Source: a virus
Taxonomy: Duplodnaviria; Caudoviricetes
Length of the DNA stretch: 25,927 nt
IMG/VR virus record: IMGVR_UViG_3300046778_000073
Location: 1 to 25,927 of that record
Direction: 5' to 3' (one strand)
In this document: positions 8,790 through 18,684 of the stretch, in pieces
How positions within the stretch are numbered: position 1 is the stretch's first letter
Layout: each line of letters begins with the position of its first letter
The notes under the pieces: model-generated
Seen by the model: the letters and a program-made list of their open reading frames with translations, nothing else
What the model was told of the DNA's origin: nothing
Databases searched by the model: none
Position numbers and translations under genes: made by a program

Positions 8790-9683
8790 TTACCCTATAA
8801 TATTACCCCTACTATCATTAAAATCTATATTATCCCTTAATCTTCTAATCTCATAATTAGAATCTGTTAGTGAAACTTTTTGCTCGTATAAATCATATTG
8901 TTTATATATATTACCATCAAAGTCATATATAGTATAAACACCATCATCCACATTTTTAACCTGCTCACCATATAACATATAAGCCAACGTCTCCACATCA
9001 TACTCAACTAAATCCAATTCAACGTTTACTGGGTTAAAAAATGAATTAGTTATTTTAACACTTTGATTTGGTTGACCGATAAAAGGTATTGCATTAGGTT
9101 TAACACTCGGAGCCGCTGTCGGTGTTAAAGTACAAAATAATAAATTCCCACTATCACTATATCTATATCTTATAGATTTCTGACTACTATCCGTTAAATT
9201 TTGACTAATAGGTTCACATAAAAATGATGATGTAATCACCTTAAAATAATTCTGCAATAAACTACCATCTGAATTTATATATTCTATCTTATATCCAACT
9301 AAACCACCATTTATAAACTTATTAGTGTATTCAGCTGGAGCTTGACTAATATCAAATACTAAGCCTCTAACATCTGGCGATGAACTTAAAACACCGCAAT
9401 CTAATATTTTAACCCTTATTTCCGCCGGTCTAATATATATGTTATATATACCCTTTTGGTTAAAATTCGCCGATGGTAATGTAAGATTATACATACCACC
9501 CAATATTTCATTAGTATTACCACCTGTTTCTGATGTATTATAAATAGGTGTTACAATATCAACAGCGTTTAACTTAGTGATTGTAGGTGATCCAATAAAA
9601 TCCCTTGTTGGGACATATATTGAAAATACCTCCATATCTGAAGGTGATGCTGTTGATGCTTTAACTGTTCCGAATATACTCAT
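8790..9683 (-). CDS. Putative virion structural protein
   Basis: 297-aa ORF in the baseplate operon, preceded by TATTTATA. Confidence 0.55.
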   Translation of the reverse strand: MSIFGTVKASTASPSDMEVFSIYVPTRDFIGSPTITKLNAVDIVTPIYNTSETGGNTNEILGGMYNLTLPSANFNQKGIYNIYIRPAEIRVKILDCGVLSSSPDVRGLVFDISQAPAEYTNKFINGGLVGYKIEYINSDGSLLQNYFKVITSSFLCEPISQNLTDSSQKSIRYRYSDSGNLLFCTLTPTAAPSVKPNAIPFIGQPNQSVKITNSFFNPVNVELDLVEYDVETLAYMLYGEQVKNVDDGVYTIYDFDGNIYKQYDLYEQKVSLTDSNYEIRRLRDNIDFNDSRGNIIG

Positions 9684-9687
9684 ATAT

Positions 9688-9695
9688 TATAAATA
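9688..9695 (-). promoter_or_regulatory. TATTTATA motif, putative late promoter
   Basis: Ends 4 nt before ATG 9683. Confidence 0.55.
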
Positions 9696-9704
9696 TTAAA
9701 ATTA

Positions 9705-10886
9705 TTATTTTGCTTGTTCTTTTTTTACATTAAAAAAATTATTATCATATCCACTTATATCATCAACAGTATTTACATCACAAAATTTCATTATTGGCTC
9801 AAATACATTATTATTACCTCTTTGAATAAATGCATAATTATTTATTTTAGGTTTTTCAACCACACCAATCAATATATCCCTTTTAGTTATACCTGTAAAG
9901 ATTAAATCATTACTACCCATACCATTTGGTGTATATTTATAATATGTAGTTACACCAGTTGTTGCCGAATACTCATAAAAATATAAATTAGTATTACCTG
10001 ACTGCCTAATAATATATAATGTAGACCCATCAGTTAAACCACTTTTACTAATCACCTCTTTACCCGCCGAAATCGCCCCAATATTAACAGTTTTTCCAGT
10101 CCCATAAGTAATAAACTCAAATAATGTACTATTAGTTATCCCTTGTGTCGTTGAACCTGTTACTTGACCAGTATAATAATCAATAGTATTAGGTAAAATA
10201 CCGGTATTTAATGACGTATACGAATTATTAACCACATAAGTCGTATTAAATAAAGATGTTTTATATGTGTTTGAGCTAGTGCTACCTGAAATATATAAAT
10301 CATATCTAAAACCAGGGTATGTCCAATTTAAATTAATATCCCCTGTTGTTGATGGTCGATAAAAATTCAATATCTGATTTCGTTTTAAAAAATTATTATT
10401 ACTATCGAAAGCATCTATATAAAAATTAAAATATTGTTCACTAAATGTCGTTCCACCTATATTTGTAGCGGATAAGTAATTACCGATATGGATCGTTTGA
10501 CAAGTTTTTACATAACCAGCACTATTTGTAGCTGTTAAACATACGGTGTATGCTGTGGGTACACTTGAATATAATATTGGTGGGTTTGTTGTCGTTGCAG
10601 TTAATAAATTTTCCACATCCCAAACATATGAAAAACTATTAGAAACAGATGTATTCACAATATTAACCGCAGTTGATCCGCTAGGGTATGCAACAAAATT
10701 AATATCACCTAATAATTGTTTTATATCCCAAGCAACATTATCATAAACTCCAATTTCTCTAGTATCAACATCTAACAAAATTGGTATTTGTATAATACCA
10801 TTAGAAATATTTAACGTATTACCCTTCACAGGTAATTGTAAACTACTTAATTGGTTCGTACTTACTTTAATTTTTATTTTATCCAT
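9705..10886 (-). CDS. Virion protein with a PKD (Ig-like) domain
   Basis: NTSVSNSFSYVWD...TNPPILYSSVPTAYTVCLTATNSAG matches the PKD pattern (about 10485-10700). Confidence 0.65.
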   Translation of the reverse strand: MDKIKIKVSTNQLSSLQLPVKGNTLNISNGIIQIPILLDVDTREIGVYDNVAWDIKQLLGDINFVAYPSGSTAVNIVNTSVSNSFSYVWDVENLLTATTTNPPILYSSVPTAYTVCLTATNSAGYVKTCQTIHIGNYLSATNIGGTTFSEQYFNFYIDAFDSNNNFLKRNQILNFYRPSTTGDINLNWTYPGFRYDLYISGSTSSNTYKTSLFNTTYVVNNSYTSLNTGILPNTIDYYTGQVTGSTTQGITNSTLFEFITYGTGKTVNIGAISAGKEVISKSGLTDGSTLYIIRQSGNTNLYFYEYSATTGVTTYYKYTPNGMGSNDLIFTGITKRDILIGVVEKPKINNYAFIQRGNNNVFEPIMKFCDVNTVDDISGYDNNFFNVKKEQAK

Positions 10887-12028
10887 TATCCTTCAGCTGG
10901 TTTTGGTATATTAGGTGACGCTTGATTCGTAACCCTCACGTCAGATATTATTTTTTCATACATAGATATTGTTGTAGTCCCACTTATAACTGGGTTAATA
11001 TCGAAAGACAAAGTATTTGGGTTATATAATCTAACACCATAAGTCTTTGTCGATGCACTAATATTTAATTTTATGTAAGTATAATTATCAGTAAATTGCT
11101 CCCTATAAAAAATACTACCATCTTTATTTGGGTTTATAATATCGTTTGACGTTGCCCCTGACTTTGTTACCATTTGGATTGATTTACCTGTCTTAGGATT
11201 ATAAAACGCAACTTGTAAATAAAGTTCGGTTATATCACTACTTTTAGGTAAATAAATATTATTACCTAAAGTTTTATTATACTTATCAAGATTTAAATTA
11301 GGTTTTCTAACTGATTCGTATGTAACACCCTTTGGGGGGTTATAAAAATTAGCGAAATTGGGGAACATACTTAACACAGATGAGTAATTTATTGCATTAT
11401 ACCCAATTAAATTAAACCCTGTTTGTCCTGTCTCACCCGTAAAAATTAATTTATTATAATAAAACTGATCATATCCTGACGAAGTTGATTTCGTTCCAAT
11501 CAAGATTTTATCAACCTCCTTTCTATTAGAAATTACGCTACTATTAAAATACGTGAATATAAATTGAGCGTTTGACATCGACTGTTCACTAATAGGTGCG
11601 ACATTCACCTCCCTTATTTTTTTAATATTTCCACCACCAACATTAATAACCCATTCATTATTATTAACATTATTCCCAATGATTTGGTTTTCAACTGGAT
11701 GTAAATTAATATTATCCCTTAATGTGTTAGCGTATGAGTTAATAAAATATCCAGTATTTTTTGTAAAAATATTTTGCTTATAATATGGATAATATGGGTT
11801 ATTACCTTCATCACCTTTATCATCCCCACAACAAAAAAAGTTAAATTGGTAGTTTAAATTTTGACCCTCATATTGATATAAATCTACTTCGAAATCAACC
11901 ACTGGGTTAATATTCCCACTTCCTTCAGTATTAACCCAATCCTTTATTAAATCCTCCTTATCATCAGTAAAATTCAACGTAAATGGGATATTTATTTTTT
12001 TACTTTGATTAGTGTTTCTTATTTCCAT
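10886..12028 (-). CDS. Putative virion structural protein
   Basis: Track start is TTG 12037; ATG 12028, 2 nt after the upstream TAG, is more likely. Lies in the structural operon. Confidence 0.55.
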   Translation of the reverse strand: MEIRNTNQSKKINIPFTLNFTDDKEDLIKDWVNTEGSGNINPVVDFEVDLYQYEGQNLNYQFNFFCCGDDKGDEGNNPYYPYYKQNIFTKNTGYFINSYANTLRDNINLHPVENQIIGNNVNNNEWVINVGGGNIKKIREVNVAPISEQSMSNAQFIFTYFNSSVISNRKEVDKILIGTKSTSSGYDQFYYNKLIFTGETGQTGFNLIGYNAINYSSVLSMFPNFANFYNPPKGVTYESVRKPNLNLDKYNKTLGNNIYLPKSSDITELYLQVAFYNPKTGKSIQMVTKSGATSNDIINPNKDGSIFYREQFTDNYTYIKLNISASTKTYGVRLYNPNTLSFDINPVISGTTTISMYEKIISDVRVTNQASPNIPKPAEG

Positions 12029-12030
12029 TT

Positions 12031-15000
12031 CTAACAAATATCTATATCATTTATTGTTTGTAAAGATCCGAGACCATTACCATAATTATAATCACTATTA
12101 TAACTTAAACTTTTTCTATTACCAGTTATTGGATTCCAATACTTACTTCTAAATGGTAAAATAAAATCATTATATATGTAATGTCTACCATTTAAAAATG
12201 GGAAGTCAGTCCCATCACCAGTTTCATCAATATTACCATTAGGTATTAAATCTCTCCATTGCCATATGTTTAACTTATTATTAAATACCGCCCAAGATCT
12301 TTTATCTTCAACATTATTACTACTATATATAGTATTTGTAAAATATTTTAACCTTATCGGATTTAATAAATCTGTTTTAACATACGTTGAAGTTGTCGCA
12401 CTAAATGATGTTGTTCCTGAATACCCATACAAATCCTTTAACTTAAATAAATAACTTGGCGTTTGTAAAATATATGTTTGTAACTCTCTTTCATTATATT
12501 CGACAATATCACCATAAATACTATCACCAATATTAGTTGAGTTAGAGATACTTATTTTTGTCTCGTAATCACCTAAATAATAAACAACAAAATGATCAAA
12601 CATTAAATCACTTAATTTTACATTATATGAATCACCATAATATTGTAATGTATATAAACTAGTATATCCTGTTGTTGGTAAATTACTATAAGTCGTTGTC
12701 GATATTACAGCATATAACCCACCTAACTCATACCCTAAAATAGTTGCACTTGTTAAAGTATCAGTTGATCCAGTGGCGAAATAAAGATTACCTCCAATTG
12801 GAAAATCACTTAGTTGTCTATTGATTAAAACCATAGAGTTACCAGGATATAAACTACTACCAGCAATTTGTGATGAACCATAATTCGTTAAGGTGGGTTT
12901 AACACCTAATTCTGTTAATGTATTACCAGATGTGTCACTAATTGGTTTTTTCGAAAACTCACTAAATAATGAAAAATATCTATTAGAATTATAATTAAAA
13001 TCATCACCACTACGATAAACAATAGATCTAGTTAAACCTGTCATACCAGCATACGTTGGGTGTGAATCAGTAAAATCAATATATGTTCCAATACCAAGTT
13101 CCGTATCCGTATCAAATACAAATATATTATCCGATAAATAAGAACCGTCCGGAGTAACACTACCATTTCTATATGTATTTGTTAAACCCGAAACCATCAA
13201 CCCTAAACCATATGACGATGTATTATGATATGAACTACCACTTAGGAATAAATTAGTATTATTACTATATAATTCCCTTGATATAAACCCATTTCTAGCA
13301 CCATAATACTCATCATAAAAACTATTTTTAAGTTTAGTAATCTTTCGAGTTGTCGTTGACATCTTATTTTTTTTCTTAAAAAAATAAGATATACTTGTAA
13401 TTGGGTTATTATTTTCATCGTATAACCCGGTAACATCAATTTCACCCTTATTGGTTAAATAATAACTATTATTACCAAAACCATTTTTAGATAATGGAGT
13501 TGTTAGCGTATAATTATCACCATTTTCAATTACCTTATATTTCCTAATATAGTATTGAGATACACTACCAATATCATTAGGGGTTAAACACCTTTTGAAT
13601 TGGATATATGTTCCAGTAAATCCACTTAATTTTATAGTGAATAACCTATCACTTATACCATTATTTTTAGAACCAATACCTGTGATAGGGAATATACCTA
13701 AATTTTTTTGAGTTGTCCCAGATACTTGTATTACACTCACATATTCACCACTTTTAAGATTATGATTAAAATACGAATTAAATACAGTGTTCGTTGTCGC
13801 ACTTATTTCAAATAATGTTAATCCTGGATTATATTTAGCCGGTATCCCATCACCAATATTAAATGTATTAGTTAAACCACTCTCAATTATATATAATGGA
13901 ACAGTATCATCTTTATCGTTCGAATACATTGAAAATAACTCCCAATTCTCAGTATTATTATTTAAGTATTCTAAATATTTTTTAGATGGAACAACCGAAT
14001 CAAAGTAATCCTCGTATGATAATAATTTTTGAGTTCTATATTTATAAGGCTCTCTTTGTAATAATTTATAATTCACCAACCCCTTAAATGCGTAAGTATT
14101 GGTGTGTGCCGAAATAACAGTTGTTGGGTTAAATACATATACATTTGTAGCTCCAGTATTTGTCCAACCATAATAATCCCTATAACTAACATTAGCTGTT
14201 GTCGTAGTAGCTGTTAATTCATACGAATCTGGCCATATATTTAACCAACAGTATTGTTGATATGACTTAATATTTACTTGATCACCACCACTCATTGACG
14301 ATTGTAATCCCATATAACCAGCAATCGATTCATATCCATAACTTGTTTTTAGAAAACCAACATCGCCAGTTTTAGCCGTAACAAAAAATGAATATGTTTT
14401 ATATTTAGGTATTTTAATATTCATATTACCCCTAAATGTGTATAGGTTAGTCCTTAATACATTAGATTGGGTAAAATCAACTTCAGTCGTTCCGGTTAAA
14501 AATTTACCGATATTTATCCACCCTGTCGAAGCACTAACTATTATCGGATTACCTGCAATATTAGTATAATTAGTTGTGGTATAAGAACCATCTTTCTTAA
14601 TGTCAGTAGGTAGATACCAATAATCTAATAATTCAACCGTCTGTTCTGATGAGATAGTGGTTAATGGTGATATATTTGTCACAATAATATCATCATATGG
14701 CGCAGTTAAACTAAATATCGTTGACTGACATTTAGAAATTGTATCAGTAACATTTGTATTCGTAACTACTTTAATCGGATCATATAATAAATCAATATTA
14801 CTTAAATTACTCGTTAATGAGTTAATGTCATCAACCAAAGAATAAAATGTATTACTACCACCAACATCACTTAATTTACACTCTAAAAAAACCCCAACAC
14901 CATTCATTTCTTCAATAAACATACTTATCGTATCGGTAGCCGTTATAGTATTACCACTACTCATTATATTTGGATTTATTCTAAATGAATTACCAGCGCC

Positions 15001-15585
15001 TATATTATTATTATATAATTGTTGACTATATAATATATCAACACCATTTTTAATAAAAGATACTTTAACTGAAAAATTATGACTACTTGTATCAGTATTC
15101 TTTAACCAAATATTTAAAGTAGAACCAAAGGAGTAGTTACCGCTTTCTTGAGCAGTAAACTCAAAAGTCCCTATATTATAACCAGCTGGGGTTGAGTTTT
15201 TAATTATAGTATCAAAAGGTATTGTTGATGGCGTATATACCGTTACATTACCACTTATACCAGCAATAAAATTCCTTCTATCATCCGAACTCTTAATTAT
15301 TTGCTTATTAATAGAATAATTCGTATTATAATTTTTAAAATAGTTATTTATGAGTGGACTATTTAACGCATTACTATAATACATACCACTAACTTTAAGA
15401 TATGGTCTAAATAATTCCGAATCTTGTCTTTCAGTAATAAATTGCTCACCTGAACTAATAGTGTAATTATATAAACCCTCAATAGAATTCTTCGAATCAT
15501 TTTCAAGATTTAGTTTAATTCGAATATCTTTATCAGGACTTCCAACATATTTTTTATTCGGTAATAATATTTTCTTATTTTCCAT
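12031..15585 (-). CDS. Large virion/baseplate protein (1184 aa) with a C1q-like segment
   Basis: S/T/G/N/Y-rich. FEFTAQESGNYSF...TATDTISMF looks like a C1q/BclA-type jelly roll. Confidence 0.55.
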   Translation of the reverse strand: MENKKILLPNKKYVGSPDKDIRIKLNLENDSKNSIEGLYNYTISSGEQFITERQDSELFRPYLKVSGMYYSNALNSPLINNYFKNYNTNYSINKQIIKSSDDRRNFIAGISGNVTVYTPSTIPFDTIIKNSTPAGYNIGTFEFTAQESGNYSFGSTLNIWLKNTDTSSHNFSVKVSFIKNGVDILYSQQLYNNNIGAGNSFRINPNIMSSGNTITATDTISMFIEEMNGVGVFLECKLSDVGGSNTFYSLVDDINSLTSNLSNIDLLYDPIKVVTNTNVTDTISKCQSTIFSLTAPYDDIIVTNISPLTTISSEQTVELLDYWYLPTDIKKDGSYTTTNYTNIAGNPIIVSASTGWINIGKFLTGTTEVDFTQSNVLRTNLYTFRGNMNIKIPKYKTYSFFVTAKTGDVGFLKTSYGYESIAGYMGLQSSMSGGDQVNIKSYQQYCWLNIWPDSYELTATTTTANVSYRDYYGWTNTGATNVYVFNPTTVISAHTNTYAFKGLVNYKLLQREPYKYRTQKLLSYEDYFDSVVPSKKYLEYLNNNTENWELFSMYSNDKDDTVPLYIIESGLTNTFNIGDGIPAKYNPGLTLFEISATTNTVFNSYFNHNLKSGEYVSVIQVSGTTQKNLGIFPITGIGSKNNGISDRLFTIKLSGFTGTYIQFKRCLTPNDIGSVSQYYIRKYKVIENGDNYTLTTPLSKNGFGNNSYYLTNKGEIDVTGLYDENNNPITSISYFFKKKNKMSTTTRKITKLKNSFYDEYYGARNGFISRELYSNNTNLFLSGSSYHNTSSYGLGLMVSGLTNTYRNGSVTPDGSYLSDNIFVFDTDTELGIGTYIDFTDSHPTYAGMTGLTRSIVYRSGDDFNYNSNRYFSLFSEFSKKPISDTSGNTLTELGVKPTLTNYGSSQIAGSSLYPGNSMVLINRQLSDFPIGGNLYFATGSTDTLTSATILGYELGGLYAVISTTTYSNLPTTGYTSLYTLQYYGDSYNVKLSDLMFDHFVVYYLGDYETKISISNSTNIGDSIYGDIVEYNERELQTYILQTPSYLFKLKDLYGYSGTTSFSATTSTYVKTDLLNPIRLKYFTNTIYSSNNVEDKRSWAVFNNKLNIWQWRDLIPNGNIDETGDGTDFPFLNGRHYIYNDFILPFRSKYWNPITGNRKSLSYNSDYNYGNGLGSLQTINDIDIC

Positions 15586-15586
15586 T

Positions 15587-18247
15587 TTAATTTATTTCGT
15601 TATATATAAAATCCCTTAATTTCCAATATTGATTACAAAAGAAATAATAATTTATTGTTCCATTCTCATATGGGTTATTTATTTGCGTATGCTCAACTAT
15701 ATTAAACATCTCATCAGTTATTGGGTAAAGCATTAAATCCATTTCAGTTAATCTAGGTGCATTAAACCCACCACTATTCGTATCAAAAATATCTTTTCCA
15801 GAACCAACAGGGTAATATACCGTATCGTATTTAGTAGCTTCAAATGTTGGTAAATACATATTACCAATAATTAAAGGGAAGAGATTACCTGTGGGTATCT
15901 TATAGAAATTTATGTCTACATTTTCCAAATACATACCCGCGCGTGATATAACACCCTCAGTATAGAATTGAAAGTAGATTAAATCCCCCTCCTGTAAATA
16001 AAATGACTCATTAATAGAAGCGAGGTAACTTAATCCATTGTATAATGATTGATTATTACTAAGTGATACCTTTAACGGATTAATTAACTCAATATTAGTA
16101 TTATTAGAGTATTTTATAATAGTAAAACAATAATTTAAATAATTAGGATATCTAATATTAACATTACCAGTTATCGTAAAATTACCTTTTATATTATAAT
16201 AACCACCCTCCTTAATTTCAAAAACACTATTAGTGAAAGCACCACCTACCGTTGGATGTGAGAGTGGACCCCAAACACCTATATTTGGATTAATATTATT
16301 AAAATTAAAATCACCCCCAGGATTTATTTGTGGGTTTCTACCAACACTTAAATTAATACTTGATGGTGTTATATTACCAATATGTCCATTAGGGTAAAGT
16401 TCAGTATTTAAATCAAGAGGATACCAAGCACTATTATTTAGAGTATCATCGTCCAATGGTAATTGATTACCAGGTAAAGCCAATCCTTTTGTAGTTAAAG
16501 TTGTGATAAGTTGTGTATCACCTGACAGTGGTTTAGTTGAATAGCAATTCGGCATTGGAGCTCCCCTACCTTTTATTAACGTATCACCATACCCACCACT
16601 TAAACCATTATTTTCAACATTTAACGCCGAATAATAACCATACTTCGTCCATTGACTAGCTATTGTATAGATATTACTTTTCCTATTTTTATAATCCCAA
16701 TTTAACTCAGCACCATTCCTATATTTCGAACCAGCATCTTCTTTTGGGTAAGGATAATAATTACTATTAATTGGGTTATAATACCCATTTGGAAATGGTG
16801 AATCTGGATAATATTGAGCATTGTAATTAATATCAAACCTATTAACTGTCGTTATTCCGGTTGATCCGTCATAACCTATTTGCCCTATAAAATCACTACC
16901 ATTATTTAAATTAAACCCTATACTTGATGCTCTTGAATATGTCTTACTATTACCCATATTAACACTAACATTATTATTAATATATATCATTAGACAATAA
17001 GGTGTTCTAGTGAAAATACCTGTCGGGTTTTTTGAAAAGTCATCGTTAGTCTTATACCAATTACCTTCTTCATCAATATTATACCTATCCCATTTACAAG
17101 GTATTGTAGCGTAAAACGTTCCATCCGAATCAACATCAGCTGAAACATCAGGGTCATTTTCATCATACCCATCAAGTAAAAAAGCTACCTTACCACCCAT
17201 CGTTTGTTTTGATCTAGTCAATGCCATATTATCGGTGGTATATGTCGGTGTAGCCGAATTAAATATATTATAGTCAGAGTAAAATGTTCCAATGATGTAA
17301 TTACATGGTTGGTATTTGTATTCTAACCTATAATCATACCTATTTATACCAATTTCACATTTATCAAAATCACCGAAAAATGATTTAATCTGAACATTTG
17401 TTGATCTCGATATTACAACACCGGCGGTATTATCCGCATTAATACCATCATTAGGTATTTGTTTTTGGATTACAGATATATTATCACCATTCTGATTTTT
17501 TAATGTTTTACCACCACCAAAATTAGTTGACGTAGCTCCACTTATAATTATTACCTCCCTACCACTCTCATCCAATCCTGTTATATTACCTAACGATACT
17601 GATTGACCGGTGGTATTACCTGTAACAGAATTCCCACCATTAGCATTTATTGGAGTTCCATTTATTTTCGAATCCTTTTTAAAATTCTTCTTATCTTTAT
17701 TACCTGTAGCCAACTGCTGAACTGGTGTAGTACTTAACGAACCAGCGTCAGTACTATCAAAATTCATTAATAAACTACCCCTACCTAATGGAATACCTAA
17801 AATAGTGTAATCTCCGTTTTGATTAGTTGATGTTACAAATTTAAAATATTTTTTATACACATACTCTAAGGCTGAATTAGCCATTACTTCATCTTCACTT
17901 GGAAAACCACCGATAGGGTAATGATTTTTATTTACCTTATATTTTGGTAATAACGGATATTTATTACCCATAATACCATTATATATAGAGCTAATTATTA
18001 TATTATTTTTATCGGTATCATCTAATGGTTGTATATAACCAACTTTAACATTTTCCATTGGAAAACTATTACTATCTACAATTCTACCTACAATAATACC
18101 CCAATCACCACAAGGGTTAGGGTACGCATCAGTTCCATATATACTTAAAGTTAATATATCAAGAACATCAAAATTTTGCTCAATATTAACCTTTAAATAT
18201 TGATTTTTATCTGGAAGTATTTTAGTCTTAATCCTATATTTATTCAT
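15587..18247 (-). CDS. Large virion/baseplate protein (886 aa) with a carboxypeptidase-regulatory-like N-domain and a C1q-like segment
   Basis: GIIVGRIVDSNSFPMENVKV...TNQNGDYTILGIPLG (prealbumin-like fold) and FEIKEGGYYNI...FYLQEGDLIYF (C1q-like). Confidence 0.6.
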   Translation of the reverse strand: MNKYRIKTKILPDKNQYLKVNIEQNFDVLDILTLSIYGTDAYPNPCGDWGIIVGRIVDSNSFPMENVKVGYIQPLDDTDKNNIIISSIYNGIMGNKYPLLPKYKVNKNHYPIGGFPSEDEVMANSALEYVYKKYFKFVTSTNQNGDYTILGIPLGRGSLLMNFDSTDAGSLSTTPVQQLATGNKDKKNFKKDSKINGTPINANGGNSVTGNTTGQSVSLGNITGLDESGREVIIISGATSTNFGGGKTLKNQNGDNISVIQKQIPNDGINADNTAGVVISRSTNVQIKSFFGDFDKCEIGINRYDYRLEYKYQPCNYIIGTFYSDYNIFNSATPTYTTDNMALTRSKQTMGGKVAFLLDGYDENDPDVSADVDSDGTFYATIPCKWDRYNIDEEGNWYKTNDDFSKNPTGIFTRTPYCLMIYINNNVSVNMGNSKTYSRASSIGFNLNNGSDFIGQIGYDGSTGITTVNRFDINYNAQYYPDSPFPNGYYNPINSNYYPYPKEDAGSKYRNGAELNWDYKNRKSNIYTIASQWTKYGYYSALNVENNGLSGGYGDTLIKGRGAPMPNCYSTKPLSGDTQLITTLTTKGLALPGNQLPLDDDTLNNSAWYPLDLNTELYPNGHIGNITPSSINLSVGRNPQINPGGDFNFNNINPNIGVWGPLSHPTVGGAFTNSVFEIKEGGYYNIKGNFTITGNVNIRYPNYLNYCFTIIKYSNNTNIELINPLKVSLSNNQSLYNGLSYLASINESFYLQEGDLIYFQFYTEGVISRAGMYLENVDINFYKIPTGNLFPLIIGNMYLPTFEATKYDTVYYPVGSGKDIFDTNSGGFNAPRLTEMDLMLYPITDEMFNIVEHTQINNPYENGTINYYFFCNQYWKLRDFIYNEIN

Positions 18248-18309
18248 TTATATTTATAAATATAAATAAATGATTTTCAAAAAATATAAACAAAAGTATT
18301 TATTTAAAT
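18248..18309. promoter_or_regulatory. Divergent late-promoter region
   Basis: Minus-strand TATTTATA at 18255-18262 and 18261-18268 upstream of ATG 18247. Plus-strand TATTTATT at 18297-18304, 5 nt before ATG 18310. Confidence 0.5.
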
Positions 18310-18684
18310 ATGGCTAGTATTGGTATATTTTTTCCATTCACAGAAAGTGATACTGAATTTGTTAAACAAACAACAACAACTAATGATGAAATACGTTCAT
18401 CATTAACACATCTATTATTAACTAATAAAGGTGAAAGATATTATAAACCAGATTTTGGGACAAATCTTAGGAACTTCATCTTTAACCCTAACGATAATAC
18501 TACTTATGACGCAATGAAAGAAGAAGTAAAAACTGCAGTTACTAAATATTTTCCACAATTACAAATAACCGATATAATTATAAACACAGACCCTAATAAT
18601 GAAAAAAAAGCAAATATTCAAATTAAATATATAAATAATGCTTCAATATTCGGAAAACAAGATACAATTAATATTACAATATAA
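18310..18684 (+). CDS. Baseplate wedge / sheath initiator, GPW/gp25 family
   Basis: IRSSLTHLLLTNKGERYYKPDFGTNLRNFIFNP is the gp25 signature. Confidence 0.9.
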   Translation: MASIGIFFPFTESDTEFVKQTTTTNDEIRSSLTHLLLTNKGERYYKPDFGTNLRNFIFNPNDNTTYDAMKEEVKTAVTKYFPQLQITDIIINTDPNNEKKANIQIKYINNASIFGKQDTINITI

